In this document: one piece after another, positions 1-9,025 of the stretch | Layout: every line of letters begins with the position of its first letter | Numbering within the stretch: position 1 is the stretch's first letter | Sequence record: KY000079.2 | Reading direction: 5' to 3' (one strand) | Origin: Acinetobacter phage AM24 | Length of the DNA stretch: 64,000 nt | The notes under the pieces: model-generated | Databases searched by the model: none | Told to the model about the DNA's origin: nothing | What the model saw: only the letters and a program-made list of their open reading frames with translations | Made by a program: the position numbers and the translations under genes

Positions 1-10
1 ACACAGTATT

Positions 11-1564
11 ATGCGCTTGAGTGAATCTGTTTTCAATACTCCACAATACATGCTTCCAGAGCACTTTGAAAAGCTTACCAGTTATATGATTGATCGTAAC
101 ACTGGTAAGTTAGCTTGGCAAGTAGATATTGGTGCTGAAAAAGAAAGAGCAGCAAAAGAAAAAGCTGAAAAGGATAAAGACAAGGTTTTAGCCTTAGATC
201 CAGTTAAAGCAAATTCATTCAAACGACCTGACTTCTCACAGTATCCAGAAGAAACTCGTGAGCAAGCTCGACAAGATTATTATGACTTCATTCAATATGA
301 CCCTAAGAATAAATTAGGTGTTTTAAATATTGAAGGTACGACTGTTTACAGAAGTACCCCCTTCGAGGCTATGTGTGGGATGACCTCTTACCAAAGACTC
401 GAACGTACTATCAAGGCACAAATAGCAGAGGGTGCTAAAACCATCCTCATGTATGTTGATAGTGGAGGTGGTGAAGCATTCGGAAATATTGAAACAGCAG
501 TTAACTTGAGAAATATTGCTGACCAAAATGGTGCAAAACTTATTGCATACGTAGATGGTCGTGCAGCTTCAGCAGCTTATGCACTTTCCTCAGTAGCTCA
601 TACAGTGGTAGCAAATCCAGACTCAGAAGTGGGTTCAATTGGGGTTGTTGTTTCACTGATTGAGGATACCACAAAAGAGGAAGGTATACAAACAATCACA
701 CTCTTTAGAGGTGATAACAAAGTAGCAACTGATGATGAAGGACGTTTTAAAGAAGGCTTCATTCAAAGAATGAACAACACACTTGATCGTATGTATGGAT
801 TGTTTACAGGCCACGTAGCTAAGTACAGAAATATGGATGTCAAGGATGTTGTAGCAACACAAGCTTCTATGTATACCGCAGAGAAAGCCCTAGAGGTTGG
901 CTTGGTGGATGTATTGATGACTCGTGCAGATTTCTTTGGTGATTACCTTCCAAGACAAACCCAAAGAGTTAACTCTTTAAGTTTCAGTCCGTTTGCTGAA
1001 ACTACCAAGTTCAAAACAACATGTGAGGATGTAAAACAAATGGACGTAAAAGATTTAGATTTAAACCAAAAAGATAATCCAGAAGTAGTAACCCTGCAAA
1101 AATCTGAATATGAAGATTTGATGACTAAGGTTTCTGCTAGTGATGAACAAATTAAATTGGCTATTGATGCTGCATTAGCTGAACAGGCTGATACACACCA
1201 ACAAGCACTTCAAGCATTACAAGCTGACTTAGCACAAAAAGAAGTTGACTTACAAGCTTTAACTGAACGTGCACAACTAGCTGAACAAAGTTTAATTGAT
1301 CTAAAACATGAAACTTTAATGGCTGACCGCAGAGAAAAACTTGAGAAAGTTCTTGCAGTTGACCAAGTAGAAGGTGCAATGCAACTGGCTGCTACATTTA
1401 GTGATGAGCAATTCGAAGCTTATCATGCAACACTTTCAAGTGTTTACCAAAAATCAAAAGACAGTCTTAAAGAGAAGGGTACAAAGGCAAATGATGAAGA
1501 GCCTACCAAAGATTATTCTTCTATTTTAGGTGCTGCAATTCAAAAACACAATCAATCTCGATAA
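11..1564 (+). CDS. Prohead protease-scaffold fusion. N-terminal ClpP/S49-like serine protease, C-terminal coiled-coil scaffold. The ORF stays open to the window start and may be 5'-truncated.
   Basis: Motif ILMYVDSGGGEAFGNIE resembles the ClpP/SppA oxyanion region. The C-terminal third is Q/A/L/E-rich heptad coiled coil (ALQALQADLAQKEVDLQAL). It lies immediately upstream of the capsid gene. Confidence 0.55.
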   Translation: MRLSESVFNTPQYMLPEHFEKLTSYMIDRNTGKLAWQVDIGAEKERAAKEKAEKDKDKVLALDPVKANSFKRPDFSQYPEETREQARQDYYDFIQYDPKNKLGVLNIEGTTVYRSTPFEAMCGMTSYQRLERTIKAQIAEGAKTILMYVDSGGGEAFGNIETAVNLRNIADQNGAKLIAYVDGRAASAAYALSSVAHTVVANPDSEVGSIGVVVSLIEDTTKEEGIQTITLFRGDNKVATDDEGRFKEGFIQRMNNTLDRMYGLFTGHVAKYRNMDVKDVVATQASMYTAEKALEVGLVDVLMTRADFFGDYLPRQTQRVNSLSFSPFAETTKFKTTCEDVKQMDVKDLDLNQKDNPEVVTLQKSEYEDLMTKVSASDEQIKLAIDAALAEQADTHQQALQALQADLAQKEVDLQALTERAQLAEQSLIDLKHETLMADRREKLEKVLAVDQVEGAMQLAATFSDEQFEAYHATLSSVYQKSKDSLKEKGTKANDEEPTKDYSSILGAAIQKHNQSR

Positions 1565-1582
1565 TTAGAGGAAGTTCAACAT

Positions 1583-2047
1583 ATGGCAACTTTAGATTTA
1601 AATGCATTGTTTAATCTTGGTCACACCGAGTTTTCTGATGTTTTCCAGACTGAAGCTGGTACAACTATTGGTTATGTTCGTAAGAACATCACAGTAACAG
1701 GTACGGCTGGTACAACTTTACAAATCGGTCACATCTTACAAGATAATGGAGATGGTACTGCCACAATCCCTGCAACTACAGCTTCAATTACAAACCCTGT
1801 AATTTACTGTGGTGATGACCCTTACAAACAACAAGCTGATGGTAAGCGTGACTGGAATTCAAATACAACTGTATTCACAGCAGATAACCTTACACAAGAT
1901 GTTGTAGTTGTTTATCGTGGTCGTGTTGGTGTAGGTACATCTTACCTAGTATTCCCTGCCGATGTAACTCCAACTACTCGTGCAGCAGTTTACAAAGCTC
2001 TTGACGACAAAGGCTTCAAGATCATCAGACAAATCGCTAAATACTAA
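1583..2047 (+). CDS. Hypothetical head-associated protein, possibly decoration or accessory.
   Basis: ORF with an RBS between the protease-scaffold and the putative major capsid gene. It is Thr/Gly-rich and beta-rich. Confidence 0.3.
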   Translation: MATLDLNALFNLGHTEFSDVFQTEAGTTIGYVRKNITVTGTAGTTLQIGHILQDNGDGTATIPATTASITNPVIYCGDDPYKQQADGKRDWNSNTTVFTADNLTQDVVVVYRGRVGVGTSYLVFPADVTPTTRAAVYKALDDKGFKIIRQIAKY

Positions 2048-2152
2048 TTTTAAGATATTTACGAAAAATAGTCAAAAGGAATTGATGGTGGGTGGGATGA
2101 ATTTGTTTCGCCACTCATCCCATAACACTTTCAAATATGAGGAATTTATAAT

Positions 2153-3223
2153 ATGCCAACTATTCGCAATCCATTAGATTTCAGCACTACTCTTGATCTT
2201 ACTGATGCTATTAATGAGATCGTACCAGAGTATGGTGCTTTTAACAACTCTGGATTATTTAATAAACGTGGTACAACTCAGGAAGCTGTACTTTACGAAA
2301 TCAACCAAGGCGCTCGTAGCTCAATGGTTGGTACAACTTCTCGTAGAGAACGTAACACTGTTAAAGACGCTCGTGGGCGTGTTAAACAACAAGCTCTCTA
2401 CATTCCTTACATCAAACACAGCGCACAAATCGCTCGTGAAGATGTAGCGTATGTTGTACGTGACTGGAAAGAGCTTACTGTTGAATCAGTAACAGAGTTA
2501 TACGTAGACAAGCTTGCAAGCTTACGTAGAAACTTAGAGCAATCTCATGAATATATGGCTGTAACAGCTACACAAGGTATCACTCGTGATCCTCTAGATG
2601 GTTCTGTGATTGTTGACATGTTCGCTATCAATGGCGTTACACAAACAGTTCATACTTGGAACTTCACTGACCCTAACTTCGACCTTATTGGTGCGATTCG
2701 TAAGTTAAAAACTGACTTAACTCGTGCTAACCTTTGGGGTGGTGTGATTCAGTCAGTGGACGTACCAGTAGGTGAAGCGTTGTTTAATGCTATCGTAACA
2801 CACCCTCAATTAGCTGAACTTTATGTTCTTGCTATGACTGGTCGTGGTCAAGAGGCAATCAACAACTCTCGTCCTTGGGCGACAGAAACAATGACTCGTT
2901 ACGGTATTGCTTCTACGTTTACATTTGATGGTGTACGTTTCATGACTTACCCTTCAACATTCCGTACAGAGCAAGGTGACTTGATTGAACCTATCGCTAA
3001 TAACGAAGGTCACACAATTGTACGTGGTTTATCTGGTATGTATGAAGCTCGCTTCGCTCCAGACAACAACCTTGATACAATTGGTCAAGTAGGTCAAGAG
3101 ATTTTCGCATGGCGTACTCCATTGATCGAACGTCACCACTTCGAAATCATCACTGAAACAAGCCCAATCTACTTCGCTACACATCCTGAATTAATCTTCA
3201 AGATCGTAGGTACATTGGCTTAA
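2153..3223 (+). CDS. Putative major capsid protein.
   Basis: 356 aa, the size of P2 gpN-like or HK97-fold capsid proteins. It sits directly downstream of the protease/scaffold, has a strong RBS (tgaggaa..atg), and is followed by a stable hairpin. Confidence 0.5.
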   Translation: MPTIRNPLDFSTTLDLTDAINEIVPEYGAFNNSGLFNKRGTTQEAVLYEINQGARSSMVGTTSRRERNTVKDARGRVKQQALYIPYIKHSAQIAREDVAYVVRDWKELTVESVTELYVDKLASLRRNLEQSHEYMAVTATQGITRDPLDGSVIVDMFAINGVTQTVHTWNFTDPNFDLIGAIRKLKTDLTRANLWGGVIQSVDVPVGEALFNAIVTHPQLAELYVLAMTGRGQEAINNSRPWATETMTRYGIASTFTFDGVRFMTYPSTFRTEQGDLIEPIANNEGHTIVRGLSGMYEARFAPDNNLDTIGQVGQEIFAWRTPLIERHHFEIITETSPIYFATHPELIFKIVGTLA

Positions 3224-3243
3224 TCAGTCAAATGAATAACCTT

Positions 3244-3269
3244 CTAGGCTATCTTTCTAGGTAGCCTAG
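3244..3269 (+). terminator. Stable hairpin after the capsid gene, without a strong U-tract. Likely an RNA stabiliser or partial terminator.
   Basis: 8-bp inverted repeat ctaggcta / tagcctag with a 10-nt loop. Confidence 0.3.
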
Positions 3270-3340
3270 ATAACTTTATCTAAAGGCATTTCATAAGGTT
3301 TAGAGATGTTTTTACATAAAGTTATTTCTAGGAGAATGTA

Positions 3341-3889
3341 ATGACATTTACATATACAGGCGATCCATCAAACAACAAAATCGATGAGCTTAGATTACTC
3401 TTAGGTGACTTAGATGAAAGACAACCAATCTACCAAGATGAAGAGCTTCAATACTTTTTAGATCAAGCTGATGGTAACGTGAAGGTAGCCTTCTACTTAG
3501 CTATTGGTGCTATGATTCCAAAGTTTACCCGAATGGCTAGAGAAAGGGCTGGACAAATCGAAGTCTATGCTGGTGATTACTTCAACCACTACTTACAGTG
3601 GATTAAGATGTTAATGAAGCCAACTTCACCATCATTCCAGTTAAGAGAAGATGCTCTTTTCTATGGTGGTATTGAGAAGGCTCAGTCACAGCAATACTTC
3701 CTAGACCCTTCTATTGTTGCACAACCATTCTATAGAGGACAATTCTTCAGAATGCCAACTATGATGGGATATCGTAGATTAACCCCTACGGGATTCGCTG
3801 AAGTTGATGAAAGTGGAAGACTTTTAGGTTTTGTGAGAGATGTAGCACTACCAGCAGTTATTGATGATTCTGATGTGCCAAATCCTTAA
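3341..3889 (+). CDS. Hypothetical head completion or connector protein.
   Basis: Its position after the capsid gene, in a run of small co-oriented structural ORFs, each with an RBS. Confidence 0.3.
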   Translation: MTFTYTGDPSNNKIDELRLLLGDLDERQPIYQDEELQYFLDQADGNVKVAFYLAIGAMIPKFTRMARERAGQIEVYAGDYFNHYLQWIKMLMKPTSPSFQLREDALFYGGIEKAQSQQYFLDPSIVAQPFYRGQFFRMPTMMGYRRLTPTGFAEVDESGRLLGFVRDVALPAVIDDSDVPNP

Positions 3890-3898
3890 GGAGTAAGT

Positions 3899-4504
3899 AT
3901 GGCTAGGGGTGGATTACCTGAATGGCAAAAGGCCAGATACAGAACAACATATGCTGGAAAGAAAGCCTATACGGTTAGACATAAGAACCTAACCATGCAT
4001 GTGAATACTGAAAAGTTAGAAGCCTTGAAAGGTGAACTTGTTAACCTATCTCTTCAACATGTACGTTACGGTATTGTGGATGATAATAGATATCCTACAA
4101 GTGACCCTAGAGGTAGAGGTGGGATGTATGTAGCAACCATTTGGAAGCGTCTTGAGTTTGGTTCAGTAGATGAGATCAATGGTAAAGCCAGAGTTATTCC
4201 ACCACGACCAACATTTACACAACATGTGCACACTGGTGGTAAAGGTACAGCAAAACTTGTAATGATGGATATCATGCACGATGTCTTTACAGGTAAATCT
4301 GTTAGGGATAAAGCATGGGTGAAGTTAGGTTTAGCAATGCAATCTCGTCTTAAATTTGATGTAATGACTCAGAAAGGTTTTGTTCCATTGAAGTTACCTA
4401 GTTGGTCCGATAGATCCCCAACAGACTTCTATAATGATACAGGTCATTTAATTAGAAGTATTTCTTATCGAATTATGCCTATAGGTTTAGATTTTAGCAA
4501 GTGA
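3899..4504 (+). CDS. Hypothetical structural protein, head-tail joining region.
   Basis: ORF with an RBS (ggagtaagtatgg). Called from synteny only. Confidence 0.25.
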   Translation: MARGGLPEWQKARYRTTYAGKKAYTVRHKNLTMHVNTEKLEALKGELVNLSLQHVRYGIVDDNRYPTSDPRGRGGMYVATIWKRLEFGSVDEINGKARVIPPRPTFTQHVHTGGKGTAKLVMMDIMHDVFTGKSVRDKAWVKLGLAMQSRLKFDVMTQKGFVPLKLPSWSDRSPTDFYNDTGHLIRSISYRIMPIGLDFSK

Positions 4505-4522
4505 TTTAGTGGAGATTAAAAT

Positions 4523-4933
4523 ATGGAAATTATGCCACTATCATCACCTACAGGGCGTGTCAATTTAAAAGTATTGAGACATGTTGGTGGGTATTACGAT
4601 GAAGATGGGATGTGGGTTGGTGGTCAATATCAAGAGATTTCTGTTATTGCCAATGTTCAACCAGCTAACAGATGGAACGTACAACAACAATTAAAAGAAG
4701 GGGACAGACAGAAAGATACAATCTTAGTTCTCTGTTACGACAATCTTGTCAAGGCAGATGATAGGGCTGATCCTTCAGGGAATCCTCAAGTTAAAACCAA
4801 AGCTGATATTGTTGTCTGGAAAGATAAATACTATGAGGTAAAAACAGCAGAACCTTATGAAATGGGTGTGCTCAATCACTGTGAATGTATTTGTGTAAGG
4901 CTAGATGATGAATCACCATTTATTGGAGGTTAA
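4523..4933 (+). CDS. Hypothetical head-tail or tail completion protein.
   Basis: Small ORF with an RBS in the structural gene run. Confidence 0.25.
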   Translation: MEIMPLSSPTGRVNLKVLRHVGGYYDEDGMWVGGQYQEISVIANVQPANRWNVQQQLKEGDRQKDTILVLCYDNLVKADDRADPSGNPQVKTKADIVVWKDKYYEVKTAEPYEMGVLNHCECICVRLDDESPFIGG

Positions 4934-4935
4934 TC

Positions 4936-5502
4936 ATGCAAGACAGAAGACAATTCTCAAGAGCATTTAGAGAGTTGATGCCAGATGTACAGTTCTACTG
5001 GTCTGGACAAGAAGGTGTAAAACTAACTCCCCCAATGGTTCTATTTGATGTTTTAGCCGATGAAATTGTTGGTATGGGTGAAAAACCAACCTCAACCGCA
5101 CCAAGAGATGTAGCTGGTGATACTGACTATGTTGGACGTTATGGGGAAACTAGAGAGGTAGTCGTTCGGGTTTCCTTTATAGGTAAATTTACTGATAGCA
5201 CATATGCTAATTCCAGAAAGTTTATGGCAATCGTAAAAAGTTTTCAAGGAAGAAGTGCATTTTACCGACAGGGATTGTCTTTAGCAGGTGTCTCTCCGAT
5301 GAGGCCAGTTGATGTTTCTACAGAGACTACAGCCTATACAAACAACTATGTGGATCTTACCCTTAGATATAAATCAATCTTTGAATTTAATTTAGAGCCT
5401 ATTGAAGAAGTAGAAGTGAGCCATGTTCTCACTATTGACGAAGATTTAGGGACTCCAGAACCTGACTACACAATAACAGGTACAAACACTATCACCAGAT
5501 AA
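4936..5502 (+). CDS. Hypothetical tail completion protein.
   Basis: Its start is coupled to the stop of the ORF ending at 4933. Called from synteny. Confidence 0.25.
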   Translation: MQDRRQFSRAFRELMPDVQFYWSGQEGVKLTPPMVLFDVLADEIVGMGEKPTSTAPRDVAGDTDYVGRYGETREVVVRVSFIGKFTDSTYANSRKFMAIVKSFQGRSAFYRQGLSLAGVSPMRPVDVSTETTAYTNNYVDLTLRYKSIFEFNLEPIEEVEVSHVLTIDEDLGTPEPDYTITGTNTITR

Positions 5503-5515
5503 AAGAGGAAGAAAA

Positions 5516-6544
5516 ATGGCTTCAAAACTTTCTGAAGTAGTGAATGTTGTTATTAGAAGAGAGACTAGTTTCATCCGTGAAGCTGATTTAAACACAATGG
5601 CTATTGTCTCAAATAACACAACATTTACAGATGCATACCGCATCTACACTAATATTGATCAAATTTTAGATGATGGCTTTGATACAGATTCTTATGTTTA
5701 TAAAGCAGCAGCAATGGCTTTTGGACAAGAAATTAAACCAGCTAAGATTGTTGTTACAGGTGGTGCTGTTGCAACTGGCGAGTATGTTACAAAGCTTACA
5801 AGTACATTAAGTGCATATAACCAATTTTTATACGTTGTCACAGATGCTACAGCAGATGCAGATATTCTTGCAATTGCAGCTTATGTGGAAACACAAGAGT
5901 TATTTTATGGAGTTACTATGACTGATATTACAGCACAAGGCAACTTGATGACTCAGCTAAAAACTCTTGGCTACGATCGTACACTTGTTTTATTCAATGA
6001 AAATACTACAGGAACTATCCCAGAAGCTGGATGGATTGCTAGATTTGGTTCTGAGCAAGCTGGAAGTATCACTTGGGTTCTTAAACCAGTTAAAGGTCTT
6101 TTACCATCAAAACTTTCTGAAACACAGAAAACATTCTTAGAGACCAACAACGTTTCATGGCTAGACAGTTATGAAAACGATGCGGTTATCTCTAATCGTG
6201 GTGGTAAGGTTGCTTCTGGTGAGTGGATTGATGTAATGCTTGGGGTTCAGTGGATTATCACTCGCTTGAGAGAAGCAGTTTACAACGTTCTAAGAAACCA
6301 ACGTAAAGTAGGTATGAGTAATGAAGGGGTTGCTTTAATTGAGGCACCGATTCGTAGAGTTTTAGAACAAGCTATCCTGTTTGGTATCTTGGCAAGAGAA
6401 CCACAATATTCTCTTATCATGCCTGATGTTCTAGCATTGACACCAGCAGAACGTAACTCTCGTAAACTTAAAGGCATCACTTTCAGAGCTAGACTTGAAG
6501 GTGCTATTCACTATGTTGACATTGAAGGTACTGTTTACCCTTAA
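5516..6544 (+). CDS. Putative tail sheath protein.
   Basis: 342 aa, immediately upstream of a 175-aa tube-sized gene, the chaperone and the tape measure. This matches the order sheath-tube-chaperone-TMP in P2/Mu-like contractile tails. Confidence 0.4.
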   Translation: MASKLSEVVNVVIRRETSFIREADLNTMAIVSNNTTFTDAYRIYTNIDQILDDGFDTDSYVYKAAAMAFGQEIKPAKIVVTGGAVATGEYVTKLTSTLSAYNQFLYVVTDATADADILAIAAYVETQELFYGVTMTDITAQGNLMTQLKTLGYDRTLVLFNENTTGTIPEAGWIARFGSEQAGSITWVLKPVKGLLPSKLSETQKTFLETNNVSWLDSYENDAVISNRGGKVASGEWIDVMLGVQWIITRLREAVYNVLRNQRKVGMSNEGVALIEAPIRRVLEQAILFGILAREPQYSLIMPDVLALTPAERNSRKLKGITFRARLEGAIHYVDIEGTVYP

Positions 6545-6581
6545 TCTGAGGGTAAACTTACTTAAAATAAGGAGAGTTTAG

Positions 6582-7109
6582 ATGGCTGAACAAAACTTAG
6601 GTACATACAGTGCTGAAGAAGTTCAAGTAATTTTAGAGCAAGAAAGTACAGGTCTAGTTTATAGGGTTGTAGGTTTCATGGAAGATTCTATGGTTACTAT
6701 AACACCTTCAGTAGATACATACACACCATACAATGGTGCAGATAATACTGGTGCCCGTATTCACAATGGTAACAGAAGTGCAAACGTGGTTTTATCTCTA
6801 CAACAAACTTCACCTTCGAACGATGTCTTAACAAGACTACTTCAAAAGGATGTTCGTTCACGTAGAAATGAAGGTCTCTTCTCAGTAATGATTAAGGATG
6901 CTTCTGGACGTACTGTTGCGACAGCACGACAAGCATACATTACAAGACTACCAGAAATCACTTACACAAACAACATGTCAGTGCGTGAATGGAATATTTA
7001 TGCATACAACTCAGAAATCTTCGTTGGTGGTAACGCTATGTTAGAACCAGAAGTTGTAGATGCTTTAACAACACTTGAAGCGCCTATCGACAACACTTGG
7101 GTTGACTAA
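6582..7109 (+). CDS. Putative tail tube protein.
   Basis: 175 aa (P2 FII is about 172 aa). It is followed by a strong intrinsic terminator. It shares the LSLQQTSP.N motif with the next two genes. Confidence 0.45.
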   Translation: MAEQNLGTYSAEEVQVILEQESTGLVYRVVGFMEDSMVTITPSVDTYTPYNGADNTGARIHNGNRSANVVLSLQQTSPSNDVLTRLLQKDVRSRRNEGLFSVMIKDASGRTVATARQAYITRLPEITYTNNMSVREWNIYAYNSEIFVGGNAMLEPEVVDALTTLEAPIDNTWVD

Positions 7110-7112
7110 TGC

Positions 7113-7150
7113 TTGGGAGGGTTGGGTTTTCCTTCCCTCCCTTTTTGTTT
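7113..7150 (+). terminator. Rho-independent terminator after the tube gene.
   Basis: Stem gggaggg ... ccctccc followed by ttttt. Confidence 0.5.
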
Positions 7151-7165
7151 CTTTGAGAGGATATT

Positions 7166-7732
7166 ATGATCAATGAATTGATGTATTACTCACCAATGGA
7201 TGTGCAATTCACCATTCTTGGAAAAACTATTTCAGGTTATGCTGAAGACAACTTCATTGTGATTGAGCCTCAAAATGACACATCAACCATGAAGGATTCT
7301 CTTGATGGTAGAGTGCAAATAACACAGAAACCTAATGCAATGTATACTGTAACTCTTTCATTGCAGCAGACATCACCAGATAACACCTTATTGAGTGCAC
7401 TACATACAATCTACAAGAGATTTGGTTCAACATTAAAACTTCCATTGATTATTAAAGATCATAATACAGGGACCACAATGTATGCAACTGATGTTTTCTT
7501 TAGAAGGGAACCTACAGTTACTTTTGGTTCAGGTATGAATGTACTTAACTGGGAGTTTAATGTAAAGAATCCTTCTTTTGTCATTAGTGGTAACCCTATA
7601 GGTGATAATGATGATATTGAAAGAATGATCAACCAAGCTATTCAAATAGCTGGTTATTTAGATATTGACCTATCTTCAATTTTAGGAACTGTTAATAATC
7701 TTTTTGAAGATGTTAGAGACATATTTGTCTAG
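7166..7732 (+). CDS. Tail tube paralog, possibly a tube initiator or baseplate-proximal tube-like protein.
   Basis: Motif VTLSLQQTSPDNTLLSAL parallels VVLSLQQTSPSNDVLTRL in the tube protein 6582-7109. Confidence 0.35.
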   Translation: MINELMYYSPMDVQFTILGKTISGYAEDNFIVIEPQNDTSTMKDSLDGRVQITQKPNAMYTVTLSLQQTSPDNTLLSALHTIYKRFGSTLKLPLIIKDHNTGTTMYATDVFFRREPTVTFGSGMNVLNWEFNVKNPSFVISGNPIGDNDDIERMINQAIQIAGYLDIDLSSILGTVNNLFEDVRDIFV

Positions 7733-7735
7733 GGA

Positions 7736-8350
7736 GTGAATTATATGGCTGATCTTGATTTTGATCAATACATCAAAGAAAACCCCGACATCTTAGGTCA
7801 AACAGTTGATAGAGATTCCTTGCTAGGTCCACAAGCTACAAATACTGTTTTAAAGTCATCAACAAAGGCTTCTGAGAGCTTTGGTAACTTTGTTAAGCAA
7901 ACCCAAAGTGTTCTTAACAGTAGAGTTTTTACAACCCTTAAGAGGATTGCTGGAAAGATTATCTCTAATGGTGAGGGTTCTTATGACCCTTCAAAGCATA
8001 TCTTTTATGTTGGTGATTTAAAATTAGAGGGTGTTGTTGAATGTAGAATCAACTACCCAGATGTTTTCAAAACTTACGAAAGTATGGCAATTGGTGGAAA
8101 CCCTGTAACCAGAAAAAGAAATGGTGTCATTACTATGGAGATTGTACTGCAAAGAACCTCTCCTAGTTGTAATGCACTTAATCAAGCATGGGATATCATG
8201 TATAGAACTGGTAGGGGAAAACTTAAAATCCACATTGTCGATAATGGTGGTATTGGCCTAGATGGTGATGCCATTATTGTTAAAAAACCAGACAATACAA
8301 TGGATATTGATGGTGCAGATTTTACATATACCTTTCAATTATTTAGATAA
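7736..8350 (+). CDS. Tail tube paralog.
   Basis: Motif MEIVLQRTSPSCNALNQA is the third copy of the L.LQ.TSP.N.L signature. Confidence 0.35.
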   Translation: MNYMADLDFDQYIKENPDILGQTVDRDSLLGPQATNTVLKSSTKASESFGNFVKQTQSVLNSRVFTTLKRIAGKIISNGEGSYDPSKHIFYVGDLKLEGVVECRINYPDVFKTYESMAIGGNPVTRKRNGVITMEIVLQRTSPSCNALNQAWDIMYRTGRGKLKIHIVDNGGIGLDGDAIIVKKPDNTMDIDGADFTYTFQLFR

Positions 8351-8369
8351 TATCTTTGTTATATAAGGA

Positions 8370-8801
8370 GTGAATATGACACAAGAACTACAACGAGTTG
8401 TTACTGTTAACGACAAAGAATACACAATTCAAATCTTCAAGGGTGAAACCTCAATGGTTATCTTCCATGAGTTAAGCCGTGTAATCATCCCCTTCATTAA
8501 GGATTTACAGGATGCCTTCACAACTGAAGATGAAGCAGAAAAAAGTAAAATGATTTTAAGTGCTCTAGAGAAAGTATTCACTACAGTGGATTATAACACA
8601 GCACTCAAACTCTTAAAAACTCTGGTAAGTCAAGTATATGGTGCCAATGGCCGTGTAATTGTTCCTAATGATGAATTCGCTAAGAACATTACTTCATGGT
8701 ACTTGTTAGCTTGGGAAGTTATCTCATTCAACTACGCTGATGTTTTTTCCTTTCTCGGTTCAGGAGAGACAGCAGCAGACCTGAACCGAGACTTAATCTA
8801 A
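8370..8801 (+). CDS. Tail assembly chaperone (gpE/G-like).
   Basis: 143-aa acidic protein directly upstream of the tape measure. A -1 frame ORF overlaps its 3' end. Confidence 0.45.
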   Translation: MNMTQELQRVVTVNDKEYTIQIFKGETSMVIFHELSRVIIPFIKDLQDAFTTEDEAEKSKMILSALEKVFTTVDYNTALKLLKTLVSQVYGANGRVIVPNDEFAKNITSWYLLAWEVISFNYADVFSFLGSGETAADLNRDLI

Positions 8802-9010
8802 AATTAAGGGCTGAACTTGACAAATTAGATGAAGAGTTCAGCATGCCTCATGAATGGCTGCAAATACTTAGTGCTAAAAAACCTTTGGTTACCTATATGG
8901 AATTAAGGAATATGACATGCTCTGAAGTATACGACATTCTTGAGTTGCAAGATAGTTTAGACCTCTACAGGGATGTTGCTGAATATATCCAAGAGCAAAA
9001 TAAAAAATAA
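8741..9010 (+). CDS. -1 frame extension of the tail chaperone (E'/GT-like), probably made by programmed ribosomal frameshifting.
   Basis: The -1 frame is open from 8741 (just after an in-frame TGA at 8738-8740) to TAA at 9008-9010. It has no start codon of its own. A TTTTTT run at 8743-8748 lies exactly where the two frames overlap. Confidence 0.4.
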   Translation, partial: CFFLSRFRRDSSRPEPRLNLKLRAELDKLDEEFSMPHEWLQILSAKKPLVTYMELRNMTCSEVYDILELQDSLDLYRDVAEYIQEQNKK

Positions 9011-9025
9011 TTGTGAGGTAATATA

